This document shows positions 35,725 to 48,800 of a stretch of 64,000 bases of DNA, in pieces. Position numbers and translations under genes: made by a program. The stretch's first letter is position 1. The number at the start of each line of letters is the position of its first letter. Source of the stretch: Flavobacteriales bacterium (GTDB lineage Bacteria; Bacteroidota; Bacteroidia; Flavobacteriales_F; PHOS-HE28); NCBI GenBank assembly GCA_019638085.1, contig JAHBUL010000016.1, forward strand, positions 19,453 through 83,452. Reading direction: 5' to 3'. A model generated the notes under the pieces. That model made no database searches. It saw nothing but the letters and a program-made list of their open reading frames with translations, and was not told where the DNA came from.

Positions 35725-36600
35725 TCAGCGCTTCCGCGCCACGATGGCAATGGCGCTCATGGAGTCCTCATAGCGTCGGAAGACCTTACGCATCTCCAGG
35801 ATGCGCTTGCGGGCCTTGGGGTGGGTGAGGATGTTGAAGACGATCTTCAACGTGCGGTAGAAGCCCTCGTCGTCGATGATGCGCGCAGGTTCCAAGAGGA
35901 GCATCGGATTGGTCATCACGCTTTCCACAACGAAGCCTTCCGCCTCCAGCAGAGCGGTCCACTCAGCCTGCGTGAGCGGTCGGGCGTTCACCTTGATGGT
36001 GGTGGCGAGGTCGTGCTGGATCTGCTTCTTGCCCGCTTCGGGCAGCGTGTCCGGCGTAAGGGCGATCTCGTGGATGCCGTACAAACCTCCGGGGCGCAGC
36101 AGGCGATACGCCTCCCGCACGATCTCCGCCTTGCGGTGGTCCGCTTGCATGGTGAGCATGGCCTCTCCATAGACCTTGTCCGCCGACGTGCGTTCCAAGG
36201 GGCAGCAACAGGCATTGCCGATCACGATCTCCCGCGAGGGACCATGGATCTTTTTCCGGAGGATACCGGCCGCTTCTTCATTCAGCTCGACACCGGTGTA
36301 TGTCCTTGGATTTCTTTGCAAGGCGATCCCTGCGGTGAAACCTAGGCCGGGCGCGAACTCCACGAGGTCGTCCTGCGGTGAGATGGCCAGCTTGTCCATC
36401 AGCTGGAGGGTGAGTTCCTTGCCTCCGGGGCGGAGCACTTTCTTGCCCATTTTGGCCAAAAGCCAGTGGCCTTGTTCGGCGTTCAGGGTTTGGTTGGCCG
36501 TGGAGCGGTGGGGCGTAACCACCTTGGGTCCGGAGGCGTGCACCTGCTCCAGAACTTCCTGTTCTTGCATCATTTCCTTATTTGGAACAATTCCAAACAA
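35725..36600 (-). CDS. class I SAM-dependent methyltransferase
   Basis: 291 aa with motif I LVEFAPGLGFTAG and a post-I/II region LLRPGGLYGIHEI. Confidence 0.75.
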   Translation of the reverse strand: MFGIVPNKEMMQEQEVLEQVHASGPKVVTPHRSTANQTLNAEQGHWLLAKMGKKVLRPGGKELTLQLMDKLAISPQDDLVEFAPGLGFTAGIALQRNPRTYTGVELNEEAAGILRKKIHGPSREIVIGNACCCPLERTSADKVYGEAMLTMQADHRKAEIVREAYRLLRPGGLYGIHEIALTPDTLPEAGKKQIQHDLATTIKVNARPLTQAEWTALLEAEGFVVESVMTNPMLLLEPARIIDDEGFYRTLKIVFNILTHPKARKRILEMRKVFRRYEDSMSAIAIVARKR

Positions 36601-36701
36601 GGGTAGCGCCTCTCCGGATTGGCGAGGATGACGATCGTCAGTTTAGGTGAAAAATGGATGCGCCCCGGCAAGCCGAGGCGCATCCCCCCTCTACCCAACC
36701 C

Positions 36702-38894
36702 TTATTTCGAAAGTACCTTGAACTCCGTGCGGCGATTGGCCTGATGCTGTTCCTCGGTACACTTGTTGCATTCGCAGGTCTCCACTGGCTTGGACTCTCC
36801 ATAGCCTTTCGCTGTGAGGCGATCCTTGGCGATGCCCTGCTTGATCAAATAGTCCACTGCACTCTTGGCCCGCTTATCCGAGAGTCGCATGTTGTAATCA
36901 TCATTACCTCGGCAGTCCGTATGTGAGCTCAGCTCGATCTTCACCGAGGGGTTATCGTTCAGGGTTTGTACGAGCTTATCCAGCTCAAGTGCTGCATCCG
37001 GGCGGATGTTCCACTTGGCCAGATCGTAGTAGATGTTGTCCAAGCGCACCACTTGGTCCACCTGCAACGGATAGAGGTTGAAGTCGGTATGGATCACCGT
37101 ATTGGTCTTCCCTTTGGTGGATATCCGCGCGCTTTGCTTGAAGAAGCCTTCGCGATCCACTACGAGGCGGTAGTCGCCTTCAGCCTGAAGCGCGAACAGG
37201 TAGTGCCCGTCCGGACCGGTGAGCATTTCCTCCATCAGGCTACCATCCGCTGCCATCAATTGCACCTTGGCGCTATCGAGCGGAACTTTCGTCTCACCGT
37301 GCCTTACGATGCCTTCCGCCCCGTAGTCGTACTTCTCCATCTGCACCACTACGTTCTCGAGGTCGTCCTTCTCGCTGTCCACCGTGGTTGTGCCTTGTCG
37401 GTAGCCATTGCGACTGGCCGTAATGACGTACTTCTCACTGTAGGGCAATTCGATGGCGAATCGACCCCCTTCAAGCATTTCCACTTTGGCGCCATCGATG
37501 AAATTCCCGTTCGCGTCGCGGATATCCAGCAACGCGCCCTCCACAGCGGCTTGTGAGAGTTTGTCCACCACGATGCCACGGATGTGGATACGGGGAGGAT
37601 GAACCGTGCATCCGTAGATATCATCACCTCCTACACCGCCCGGTCGGTCACTGACGAAGAAGCCGGTGCTATCATCGGCCAGTAGGATCAAGCCATGGTC
37701 GTTGTGAACGGTGTTCATGGGATACCCCAGGTTGAACACGCGGCCAGGACCTGCGGCAGTAAGGCGCACGGAGAAGATATCATAGCCGCCAAGCCCGGGA
37801 TGCCCTGTACTGCTGAAGTAGAGTGTGCTGTCGGCCGTGATGAACGGATACATTTCACTACCCGGTGTGTTCACCTTGCTGCCAAGGTTCTTGGGTTCAC
37901 CCCATTCCCCTTGCAGATCGTCGCAATACCAGATGTCGGTACCGCCCATTCCGCCGGGCTTGTCACTCACGAAATACAAGCGCTTGCCATCGGGTGAGAC
38001 CCCGGGCTGGCCCATGTTGTACTCCGGGTCGTTGTGTAGGAAAGGCACCAAGGGTCCCCATTCGGGTTGCCCGAATTCACCCTTCGTGATGTCGGAATAA
38101 TAGATGCCCAACTTCACCTCTCCATTGGTTGCCTTGAGCAACCTGCCGTAATAGAGGTTGTCGCGGGTGAGGTAAAGGCGCTGTCGGGTTGAATCGAACG
38201 AGGCGCTACCATCGTGATAGCGGCTGTTCACGTCCTTACGCATCACCATGGGGTCACTGGCGGTCTCGCCTTTCAGCAAAGCGGAATACAGGTTCAGGAA
38301 AGGTTCGCGGTCCCACTTGTACGTGCTCTTCCCCCCTACTCCTTCGCCCCGTGCACTGCTGAAGAGGAGCAGGTCGTTCATCACTGCCGGGGCGAGGTCG
38401 GCCTGCGGTGAATTGATGGGCAACTTCCTGACCACATCCTTGGTGCTATCGCGCTCGAGCTTTTCGAAGAAGTCGCCGTTCTTCACGTAGGCCTTCACCC
38501 AATCGTCGTCCGGTGCTTTCTCTGAATAGGTCGTGTACCAGGTCAGTGCCTCCTCATACTTGCCTTGTGCGCGCAACTGATTGGCATAGGCGAGCATGTC
38601 GTCCGGTGCCGGATCACCCAGTTCCATCAGCCTCTTGTAGGTGTTCGCGGCCTTCTCATTCTCGCCGAGTTTCTTGTAGGCGAAGGCCAGCTGCCTGTAA
38701 TCCGCGGGCACGGCCTTCTTTCCTGCTATGATATCCTCATACACCTTGGCCATGTTCTGGTAGTCGAACACTGCGGCATAGCGCTCCGCCATGCGATGTT
38801 TCAAGGATTGCGCCTGCACGGCCGGTGCTGCCAGCAACAGCAAGGCCATTGCGAGGATGAAGTGCCGGGGGCGCATGGGTATGGATCGCTGCAT
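36702..38894 (-). CDS. OmpA-family protein (TPR-like + TolB-like beta-propeller repeats + OmpA C-terminal domain)
   Basis: 730 aa with propeller-like repeats GGTDIWY, GGYDIFS and GGDDIYG. The OmpA domain reads VKIELSSHTDCRGNDDYNMRLSDKRAKSAVDYL. It lies 5 nt downstream of the PorP/SprF gene. Confidence 0.9.
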   Translation of the reverse strand: MQRSIPMRPRHFILAMALLLLAAPAVQAQSLKHRMAERYAAVFDYQNMAKVYEDIIAGKKAVPADYRQLAFAYKKLGENEKAANTYKRLMELGDPAPDDMLAYANQLRAQGKYEEALTWYTTYSEKAPDDDWVKAYVKNGDFFEKLERDSTKDVVRKLPINSPQADLAPAVMNDLLLFSSARGEGVGGKSTYKWDREPFLNLYSALLKGETASDPMVMRKDVNSRYHDGSASFDSTRQRLYLTRDNLYYGRLLKATNGEVKLGIYYSDITKGEFGQPEWGPLVPFLHNDPEYNMGQPGVSPDGKRLYFVSDKPGGMGGTDIWYCDDLQGEWGEPKNLGSKVNTPGSEMYPFITADSTLYFSSTGHPGLGGYDIFSVRLTAAGPGRVFNLGYPMNTVHNDHGLILLADDSTGFFVSDRPGGVGGDDIYGCTVHPPRIHIRGIVVDKLSQAAVEGALLDIRDANGNFIDGAKVEMLEGGRFAIELPYSEKYVITASRNGYRQGTTTVDSEKDDLENVVVQMEKYDYGAEGIVRHGETKVPLDSAKVQLMAADGSLMEEMLTGPDGHYLFALQAEGDYRLVVDREGFFKQSARISTKGKTNTVIHTDFNLYPLQVDQVVRLDNIYYDLAKWNIRPDAALELDKLVQTLNDNPSVKIELSSHTDCRGNDDYNMRLSDKRAKSAVDYLIKQGIAKDRLTAKGYGESKPVETCECNKCTEEQHQANRRTEFKVLSK

Positions 38895-38899
38895 CTGGA

Positions 38900-39883
38900 T
38901 CAGAAATAACGGGGTGAGCGGATCCCTTTCGGTGCGTTACCGAAGTCGAGACCGAGCATGAATTCATGCGAACCACCGCTGTAGTTACGTATGGCCGATA
39001 TGGGATAGTCATAGGCATAACCCACGGAAAGACCATCCGTAAGGTTGTATTGCACCAAGGCGCCAACGGCATCGGTGTAGCGGTACATGGCACCGAGCCA
39101 TAACTTCTCATACAGGAGGAAGTTCGCACTGAGGTCGAAGCTCATGGGCGCGCCTTGCACGGCCTTTACCATGAAGGTGGGCTTGAACTTGGTGTACATG
39201 CCCAGATCGAAGACATATCCGCCCGTGAGGAAGTAGTGTGCGCGCTGGCCCGGCTCGCTGACCAACTGGAGCGAGTCCACATCGAAGAAGTCCGTGCGCA
39301 GGATCTTGGGCGAACTCAGTCCGAGGTAGAACCTATCGCTGTACCACATGACCCCAAAGCCGAATTGGGGATCGGTCTTGGTGCTCACGTCCTGTTGGAA
39401 TACCTGATCGTTCGCCTCCAAGGGATTGAGTGCGGCGAAATCCCCTTGGAAGAGATTCAGTCCGCCCTTCAGTCCGAAGGCCAGCTTTTGGTTGTTCCCG
39501 AGGAAGATCCGATAGGCGAGGTCCACGTTCAATCCGTATTGCGTAACAGGTCCGTGTTCATCGCGCATCACCGTTCCGCCCAAGCCCAAGCTCTGCAATA
39601 CCAGCGGGCTGTGGACCGTGAGGGTCTGCGTGGTAGGTGCACCCTCAAAGCCCACCCATTGGTGCCTGCTGAGGGCCTTCATACTCACCCGGTCAGCGCT
39701 TCCCGCGTAGGCAGGGTTCAGTGCCAGTAGATTGAACATGTACTGGGTGTACTGCGGGTCCTGCTGGGCCTGTGCCTGCTTGGTGAGCAGGATCGGACAG
39801 GCCATCAGTAGCGCGAGCAACGCCATATTCCAACGGGAGGCTTGTGATGCCATCTGCGTGGTGTTTTTCGTGGTTGCTTTCAT
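38900..39883 (-). CDS. PorP/SprF-family type IX secretion system membrane protein
   Basis: 327 aa. The hallmark N-terminus QQDPQYTQYMFNLLALNPAYAG and HQWVGFEGAPTT are present. It is beta-barrel-like and ends in RSPRYF. It lies 2 nt downstream of the giant type-B cargo gene. Confidence 0.9.
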   Translation of the reverse strand: MKATTKNTTQMASQASRWNMALLALLMACPILLTKQAQAQQDPQYTQYMFNLLALNPAYAGSADRVSMKALSRHQWVGFEGAPTTQTLTVHSPLVLQSLGLGGTVMRDEHGPVTQYGLNVDLAYRIFLGNNQKLAFGLKGGLNLFQGDFAALNPLEANDQVFQQDVSTKTDPQFGFGVMWYSDRFYLGLSSPKILRTDFFDVDSLQLVSEPGQRAHYFLTGGYVFDLGMYTKFKPTFMVKAVQGAPMSFDLSANFLLYEKLWLGAMYRYTDAVGALVQYNLTDGLSVGYAYDYPISAIRNYSGGSHEFMLGLDFGNAPKGIRSPRYF

Positions 39884-39885
39884 GA

Positions 39886-42800
39886 TCAGCGGCGCAGGTA
39901 GATGTAACCCGTGATGACCTCTTTGTCATTGCCCGGATCGAGGATGAAATAGTACGTGCTTTCCGGAAGGTCGGTGCCCATGTTGGCCTTGCCTTCGCTG
40001 GTGCCATCCCATGTATTCCGGTAGGGATTGCGTTCGTAGACCTTCGAGCCCCAGCGGTTGAACACCTGGAACTTGTTCTCCGGATAGTAGTCCAAGCCTT
40101 GGATGACGTAAGTGTCGTTCACACCGTCGCCGTTCGGCGAGTAGGCGTCCGGCACCACCAGTATGCTGCAATCGCGCAGGGTGATCAGCACCGTATCGGC
40201 CGAGCTTCCGCAGGCACCATTGTCCAGCACCCAGCGGAAGATGTTGGTGCCCGGCTGTAGACCTGTGATCTCGGCATCCGCCTCTTCCGGATGAGCAATG
40301 TCACCATGACCTTCGATCAGTTCCCAGTGGCCCGATGCCGTGCTGGTTGCCGGAACGGCCGCCATGGTGGTGAAGGTGGTGTCCTGGCAGATCGCTTGGT
40401 CCGGTCCACCTGTCGCCAAGGCCGCATTGATGTCGAACACCGATACGATCATCTCGTCGCTGGTGGTTCCGCACACGCCATTGTCAATGGTCCAGATGAG
40501 CGTGGTGCTGCCGAAACCGACGCCGGTTACCGTGGTGTTGGGGCTTGTCGGATCGGTGATGGTACCGCTGCCATCAATGTTCCAGGATCCGGTTGCTGGG
40601 AATACGGCCTGATTAGCGAACATGTCCACGTCCACTTCACCGGGCTCGCAGAGCTGCTGGTCCGGTCCGGCATCCGCCGCTGCTTGGGTATTGTCGTACA
40701 CGGTGATCACCACGTTATCGGTCATGGGTCCCGAGCCGCAGGGTCCATTGCTGATGGTCCATGTGAGCTCGATCTGTCCCGGCATGAGCCCGGTGAGCGT
40801 GGTCTGTGGGTCCGTAGGGTCTACCAAGGTGCCCGCACCGCTAACGATGGTCCACATGCCCGTGGCGGGCAAGGCGACACCAGTGGCGGCCAGTGGTGTG
40901 CTGTCCACAGGTTCGCAGAGGTTCTGATCAGGGCCTGCATTCGCCGTGGTGATGCTGCCGTCATACAGGGTGATCACCACTTGGTCCACGAGCGTTCCAC
41001 ATGGGCCGTTATCGATGGTCCATGCATATACGTTGGTGCCTGCACCAATGCCTGTAACTTCCGTGGCCGGGTCGGTATCGTTCGTGAACGTGCCGCTTCC
41101 GCTGACCACGGTCCATTGGCCCGTGCTGGGATAGGTGGCCATGCTGGCTGCCAAGGTCGTGGAGGAAGCTGGACTACAGAGGTCCTGATCGTCGCCTGCA
41201 TCCGGGTCCGGCATCGCGTCATCGAACACGCGGATCAAAACCGTATCCGATGTTAGGCTACACGGACCGTTGTCGATCGTCCACACGAAGTAGTTGTCCC
41301 CCACGGAAAGGCCGCTTACCGTGGTCTGTGGATCGGATGCATCAGTGAACGTGGCGCTTCCAGCTATCTGCGTCCATGTGCCGATCGCCGGGTTCACGAC
41401 TGCATTGCCTGTCAGCGTGACGGTGGAGTCGATCCCGCATACATCCTGATCCGCACCCGCATCAGCCGGTGGAGCATTCTGGTCGTAGAGATACACGGCA
41501 ACCGTATCCACCGTGGGAGGACCGAAACCGCAGTTGCCATTGTACACCGTCCAGGTGAAGACATTGATGCCGATACCCAGCCCGGTGATCGCCGTGGCAT
41601 TGTAGGTGGTATCGGCGATGGTACCTGACCCGCTCACCAAATGCCATGTTCCGGCTGCCGGGAAGAGCGGTTCCACGGCGGCCATCACCGTGCTGTCCTC
41701 GGGCGTGCAATTGGCGATATCAGGTCCGGCATTGGCCACCGGTCCGAAGGGGTCGTACACGGTAATAACGAGTGTATCGGTCATCAAACCGTTGTTGGGG
41801 CAAGGGCCGTTGTCCAAGGTCCAGAGCAAGGTGGTGATGCCGAGTTCCAGATCATTGATCGTGGTCCCGGGATCCGTAGGGTCCACCAACGTACCGGGGC
41901 CGTTGAGTATGCTCCATGACCCGGTGGCCGGTGGCTGCGGAGTGGAGGCTTGCAACTGTGCCGAGTTGAACGGTAGGCAGAGCTCGAAGTCGTCCCCTGC
42001 ATATGCCGCTGCGGTGCTATCGCTGTAGATGATCACCGTTACGGTATCCGAGGTAATGGCATTCGGGCAAGGCCCGTTGCTCGTGGTCCACACAAAGGTG
42101 TTCGGGCCGATGGCCATGCCCACCACTTTGCTGTTGGGGTCGTTCACATTCTCGAAAAGTCCGGCTCCATCGAACAAGCTCCATGTACCGCTCGCCGGGA
42201 ATGTCGGCGTATTGCCTTGCAGGTAGGTGCTGTCCTGCGGAGTGCAATAGGCCTGGTCCGGTCCGGCGTTCGCGGGTGGGTTCTGGTCATCGAAGATGAA
42301 GATGCTCACATTATCGCTGGTGAAACCGCACACACCGTTGTCGAAGGACCAGGTGAGGATGTTCTCGCCCACGGTCAATCCGGTCACTGTGGTGTTCGGA
42401 TCATTCATATCCGCGAAGAAGCCCGTGCCTTGTGTTAACGACCACTCGCCGATGGCCGGTAACGTGGCCGTGTTGGCCGCCATGATCGCGCTCTCATCCG
42501 GCGTGCAGAAGCTTTGGTCCGGCCCTGCGGCTGCAGGTGGTGCGTTCAGGTCGAAGAGGAAGATGCTCACTTGGTCCGAAGTGATCCCCGCACCGCATGG
42601 TCCATTGTCCACACGCCACTCGAAGACGTTCTCACCCACTCCCAGACCGATCACTTCGGTGTTCGGAGCACTGGGGTCGATCAAAGTGCCTTGGCCGCTG
42701 ACCAATACCCATGCCCCTACGGCTGGATAGGTGATGGAGCTGCCCGCCATGGTGGCACTGGTGATCGGCGTACATATCTGCTGGTCCGGGCCTGCATTGG

Positions 42801-45800
42801 CGTCAGGGTTCTCATCGCTGTACACGAAGATGCTCATCTGGTCCGTGGTCGGCACTCCGCAAGGACCATTCTCAACGGTCCACTGGAACACGTTCTCCCC
42901 CACGGCAAGTCCGCTCACGGAGCTTGTTGGGGATCCGGGGTCGGCAAGGATGCCTGATCCATCCACGAGCACCCAGATACCGGTGGCAGGACCGATCAGT
43001 GTGCTGCCTGCCATGGTGGTAGTGGTATTCGGTGTGCAGAGGTTCTGGTCCGGACCTGCGTTGGCCACAGGGTTGGTCACATCGTATAGCGTAATGGTGA
43101 CCTCATCGAAGCTGTTACTGTTCTCGCACGGACCATTGGATACGGTCCAGCGCAGGATGTTCACCCCGATCGCCAGCCCGGTGATCGTGGTGGAGGGAGC
43201 GTTCGGATCATCGAACACTCCTGCGCCTTGCTGCACGGTCCAAGTGCCTACCGCAGGTGAGGTCACACTGCTGCCGGTGAGATTCGCGCTCGTACCGGGT
43301 GAGCACAGCTCCTGATCGGGGCCTGCATTCGCCACGGGATTGTCCCGGTCGAACACCTCGATCATCATGGTGTCACTGGTGGTGCCGTTGGCACAAGGAC
43401 CATTGTACACGGTCCATGCGAATACATTCGTTCCTACCTCCAGATCGATGATGGTGGTGTTCGGTGAATTCGGATTGCTGATGATGCCGGTTCCGCTCAC
43501 CAAGGTCCAAGTGCCAACGGCCGGGAAGGTCACCGCACTGCCGGCCATGGTCACCATGCTCTCGGGCGTACAGAGTTCCTGGTCCGGGCCGGCGTTCGCA
43601 TCGAGGTTCTCATCGCTGAAGAGGAAGATGGTGACCTCATCATTGCTGCTGCTGCACAGGCCATTGGCCACGGTCCAGCGGAATACGTTAGCACCTACCG
43701 CCAGGTTGGTGACGGCAGTCATTGGCGAGTTCGCATCTGCGAATTGGCCCGCACCGCTTACCACCACCCAAGTACCCACGGCCGGGAAGGTGATCGCGCT
43801 ACCTGACAAGTTGGTGCTGGTGGTTGGCAAGCAGAGCTCCTGGTCCGGGCCTGCATCCGCATTCGGCGTAGTGGAATCGAAGAGGAAGATGCTTACCGTG
43901 TCCGTAGTGATGCCATTGCCGCAGGGTCCGTTATCAACGGTCCACACGAAGATGTTCTCACCCACGCCCAAGCTGGTAACAGTGGTAGCAGGGTTGTTGG
44001 CATCGGTGATCGTTCCGGCACCTTGGATCCGGGTCCACACACCTGTGGCAGGGAATATCGGTGTGTTACCGGCGAGCGTGGTGCTCTCATCCGGTGTGCA
44101 GAGCGATTGGTCCGGACCGGCGTTCGCATCGGCATTGTCCTGATCGAAGACGAAGATGCTCATGCGGTCCGTGGTCAACGGGTCCGCGCAAGGACCATTT
44201 ATTACGGTCCATTCAAATACGTTCTCTCCAACGGCCAGGTTGCTCACTCCCGAGGTGGGCGAGTTGATATCAGCAATGACACCGCTTCCACTCACCAAGG
44301 TCCATGTGCCTTGGGCCGGGAATGTTACGCTGCTGCCTGCAAATACCGTGGAGGTGTTCGGTGTGCAGAGTTCCTGGTCGGGTCCCGCGTTCGCTATCGG
44401 GTTGTGCTCATCGTAGACGAAGATCGATACGACATCATTGGGAGGGTTCACAGGGCATGCTCCGTTGCTCACGGACCAGCGGAATTGATTCTCGCCCACG
44501 GGCAGGTTGGTTATGGTCGTGTTCGGATCGTTCACATCGGCGATGTCGCCGCCACCGTTCACAAGCGTCCACGTTCCCAGTGCCGGTGCAGGTGCGGGGC
44601 TGGCCGCCATGGTCGCCGTGGTGTTAGGCGTACAAAGGCTTTGATCCGGACCGGCATCGGAGCCGCTCACGGTGCTGTCGAACAGTGTGATGGTCACCTC
44701 GTCCGTAGTGATGCCAGCGCCACAAGGGCCATTGTCCACCGTCCAGCGGAAAACGTTCGGCCCAACGGCCAGGCCGGTGAGCTGGCTGGTGGGAGAGCTC
44801 GGATCCGCGATGGTCCCTGTACCGCTCACAAGCGTCCAAGTTCCAGTGGCCGGATAGATCAGGCTGCTGCCTGCCAGCGTGGTGGAATCCTCAGGACTGC
44901 AGAGCTCCTGGTCCGGACCGGCGTTAGCATCCGCATTGCTATCATCGTACAACTTGATGTTCACTTGATCTGAGCTGCTGCCGCATGAGCCGTTGTTGAT
45001 GGTCCATGTAAGCAGGTTGTCCCCTACTTGCAATCCGCTGGCTGTGGCGGTGGCTGCGTGTATATCGGAGAAGGTGACCCCTGCCGGACCTGTCCAAGTG
45101 CCTTGTGCTGGAGCAACAGCAAGGTTGCCTGCCAACGTAACCGAGGTGGTCGGGGTGCAAATGGCTTGGTCCGGGCCTGCGTTGGCCGCCTGTGCCGTAC
45201 CACTGAAAATGCTGATGGTGACCTCATCGAACGAGGTACCATTCGCGCATGGACCGTTGTACACCGTCCAGCGGAATACATTGTTGCCCAAGGCCAGTCC
45301 ATTCACCTGCGAGGTGGGACTTCCCGGGTTCACGATGTTGCCCGTACCACTGATCAAGGTCCACGTCCCTGTCGCTGGCGGAATGAGTGCGCTTCCGCTC
45401 AATGTGGTGGCGGTGATCGGTGTGCAGAGTTCTTGGTCCGCTCCAGCGTTGGCCACCAGATTCGCGTCATCATACACCGTGATGCTTACTGGATCGGTGC
45501 TGGTACCGCAGGCACCGTTGTCCAGGGACCACACAAGTATGTTCACACCAAGGGAAAGGCCCGATACACCGGTAGTGGGTGAAGTGGCGTTCGCGAAGAT
45601 CGCAGTGCCTTGTTGCACGCTCCACGAGCCGGTGGCCGGTGCTACAGCTGCGTTAGCAGCCATCACAGTGGTGGCGTTATTGTCACAGAGTTCCTGATCC
45701 GGACCGGCATCGGCCTGCTGAGCGTTGCCATTGAACACCGAGATGGTGACCTGGTCCGAGCTGGGTGCTGCACAGGGTCCGTTCTCAACGCTCCACTCAA

Positions 45801-48800
45801 AGACATTCGCTCCAAGGGAAAGGCCGGAGACCACGGTGCCGGGGTCGTTGGCGTTGGCGAAGGTCCCGGAACCGCTTACGAGCGTCCACTGCCCGGTACC
45901 CGGCGCGATCAATGCACTGCCGGCCAAGGTGGTGCTGGTGATGGGGGTGCACAGGCTCTGGTCCGGACCCGCATTCGCCGTTAGCATGGCCGCATCGAAT
46001 ACGGAGATGGTGACCTGTGCAGAATTGGACGGGAATGCGCATGGGCCGTTCATTACGGTCCACTGGAATACGTTCACACCGTAGCCCATGTCCGTGATGG
46101 TGGTGGAGGGGCTGTTCGGTGAAGTGATCGTACCGCTTCCGCTGATCACGGTCCATTGTCCGGTGGCTGGCGCGACCGGAGTGGTACCGGTCACTGTAAC
46201 GATGTTCGCCGATGTGGGCACGCAAATGCTCTCGTCGGCACTCACCGTGATCGCAGGGTGTGCACTTTCATACACGGTGATCGCGACCTCATCGAAAGTG
46301 TTGCCGTTCGCGCAAGGCCCGTTGGATACCGACCAGCGGAACACGTTCACCCCAACCGGGATGTTGTTCACTGCGGTGTTAGGGCTATTGGGCGTCACGA
46401 TGGTACCGCCACCGCTCACCAAGGTCCATGTGCCGGATGCTGGTAGTATGATGTTGCTTCCGGAGAGCACCGTGGAATTGGCATCCGAGCAAAGCTCCTG
46501 GTCCGGACCGGCATTGGCCACCGGGTTGCTGCTATTGAAGACGCGAATGCGCACATCATCGGTGGTGGTGGGGTTCGCGCAAGCGCCGTTGAGCACCGTC
46601 CAGCGGAAGATATTGTCCCCCACGGCCAGACCGGTGATCTGCGTGGTAGGGCTATTTGGCGATACGATCGTTCCCGATCCGCTGATCAATGTCCAGGTGC
46701 CCGTGGCCGGTGCGATCACCGCACTACCCGCCAGGTTTGTGGAGGTGGTCGGTGTGCAGAGTTCTTGGTCCGGGCCGGCATTGGCAATGGCATTGGCCGA
46801 ATTGTAAACGGTGATGGACACCTCATCCTGCGTGATCGGATTGGAGCAAGGTCCATTGTTGAGCGTCCAGCGGAAGGTGTTCACCCCCACGCCCAATCCG
46901 GAGACGGAGGTGGTGGGGTTGCTCGCATCAGCAAAAATTCCGCTACCCGATGTAACGGTCCATAGACCCGTGGCCGGGAACACGGGAGCATTACCAGCCA
47001 GTGAAGTGGCAGTGGTCGGTGTGCAAAGCTGCTGATCCGGACCCGCATTGGCCGCAGGGGCATTGGAATCGTAAATGAAGATGGAGACCACGTCATTCGG
47101 TGGGTTCACCGGGCAGGGTCCATTGCTGATGGCCCACCGGAATACGTTCTCCCCTACCGTGAGACCGGTGATGGTGGTGGTGGCGCTATTGATGTTGGTG
47201 ATGGTTCCGGTTCCGGAAACCAACGACCAAGTTCCTTGTGCGGGGGCGGATGGTGCATTGGCCGCCATGGTTGCAGTGGTGGTTGGCAAACAATAGGACT
47301 GATCCGGACCTGCATTGGACCCACTTACCGTTTGATCAAAGGCAGTAATGGTCACTTGATCACTGGTGATACCGTTGGCGCAGGGTCCGTTGCTCACCGT
47401 CCACTGGAATACGTTGGCCCCAATACCCAGACCGGTTACGGTGGTAGTGGGGCTATTGGCTGTGGTAATGGTACCGGAACCGCTCACCAAGGTCCATTGG
47501 CCCGTGGCCGGGAATGTCGGGGTGCTACCAGCCAAGGTGGCATCGCTCGGCGTGCATACCTCTTGGTCCGCTCCGGCATTCGCATTCGGGCTGGCACTGG
47601 AGTACACGGTAACGGTTACATCATCAGATGTGGAACCGGGTGTGCAGGGGCCATTACTGATGGTCCAACGGAAGACGTGTACGCCCACCGTGAGGCCGGT
47701 CACGCTTGTGTTCCGAACGTTCGGGTTCACGATGGTGCCTCCTCCGCTCACTTGGCTCCACACACCAGTGGCAGGTGCCGATGCCGCATTACCGTTCAAT
47801 GTTACCGAACTGGTTGGCGAACAAATGGTGATGTCCGAGCCCGCGTTCGCTGCAGGCTGGGCGCTATCGAAGATGGTGATCACCACCTCGTCCTGGGTGG
47901 GTGTACCGCAAGGACCGTTGTTAATGGTCCACCGCAAGCGGTTGACCCCAATACCAAGTCCGGTAACCGTGGTACTGGACGAGTTAGGGCTGGTGATCGT
48001 GCCTGTACCATTCACAAAAGTCCAAGTGCCTACAGCTGGCGAAACTGCCGTATTGCCAGCGAGCGTTGCCGTATTCGTGGGTAGGCAAAACTCCTGATCA
48101 GGTCCTGCATTGGCCGCAGGCTGCGCAGCGTTATAGCTTGTCACGGTCACTTGATCGGTGCGTACACCACACGTCAGGTAGTTGACGCTCCACTGGAACA
48201 CGTTGGCTCCTTGGGAGAGTCCCGTTACCGTGGTATTCCGGGAATGGTTGTTCGTGAAAGTGCCGCTCCCGCTTATCACGGTCCACGTTCCTTGCACACT
48301 GGGGTACGGGAGCACCGCATTCATGGTGGCCGAGGTGCCGCAAACGGAGAAGTCCGCACCCGCATCCGCATCGGTGGCTGGCGGTGTAACTTGGATGGAG
48401 AAGCCGTAATCGTTGGATGCTTTCAGCGGACAGCCATCATCTTCCACGTGAACGGTGAAAGTGTTGTTTCCAATGTTCGCCACCGTAGGTGTCCAAGTGA
48501 ATGTTCCCGAGGGGAAAGGTGATCCAGAGGTGGTGAACGTGGCTCCAGGAATACCACTGTTCCAGGTCATGGTCACTGTCTGCCCCGCATTGGCATCATT
48601 GGAGTTCACCGTGAAGGATACCGGTGTCCCCGCGCACACTTGCATGGAATAGACCGCAGTGCCATTGATACCGGTAACGGTGGGGGATGCATTGCCGGTG
48701 CAGGCACGGATCACGAATTGCACGTCCCGCGTCACCGTCCCGACAAGAACACCGTTCCGGTATTCCTTGACCTGATAGGTGACCACCGCCACTTGCAGCA

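Noticed and set aside
40291-48522. Series of long plus-strand ORFs (up to 321 aa) across the giant adhesin gene, and likewise 23924-28492 across the 1861-aa gene
   Set aside because: They are antisense shadows of the repetitive, GC3-rich adhesin coding sequence. Their translations repeat with the same period as the sense repeats and contain no signal peptides or known motifs.
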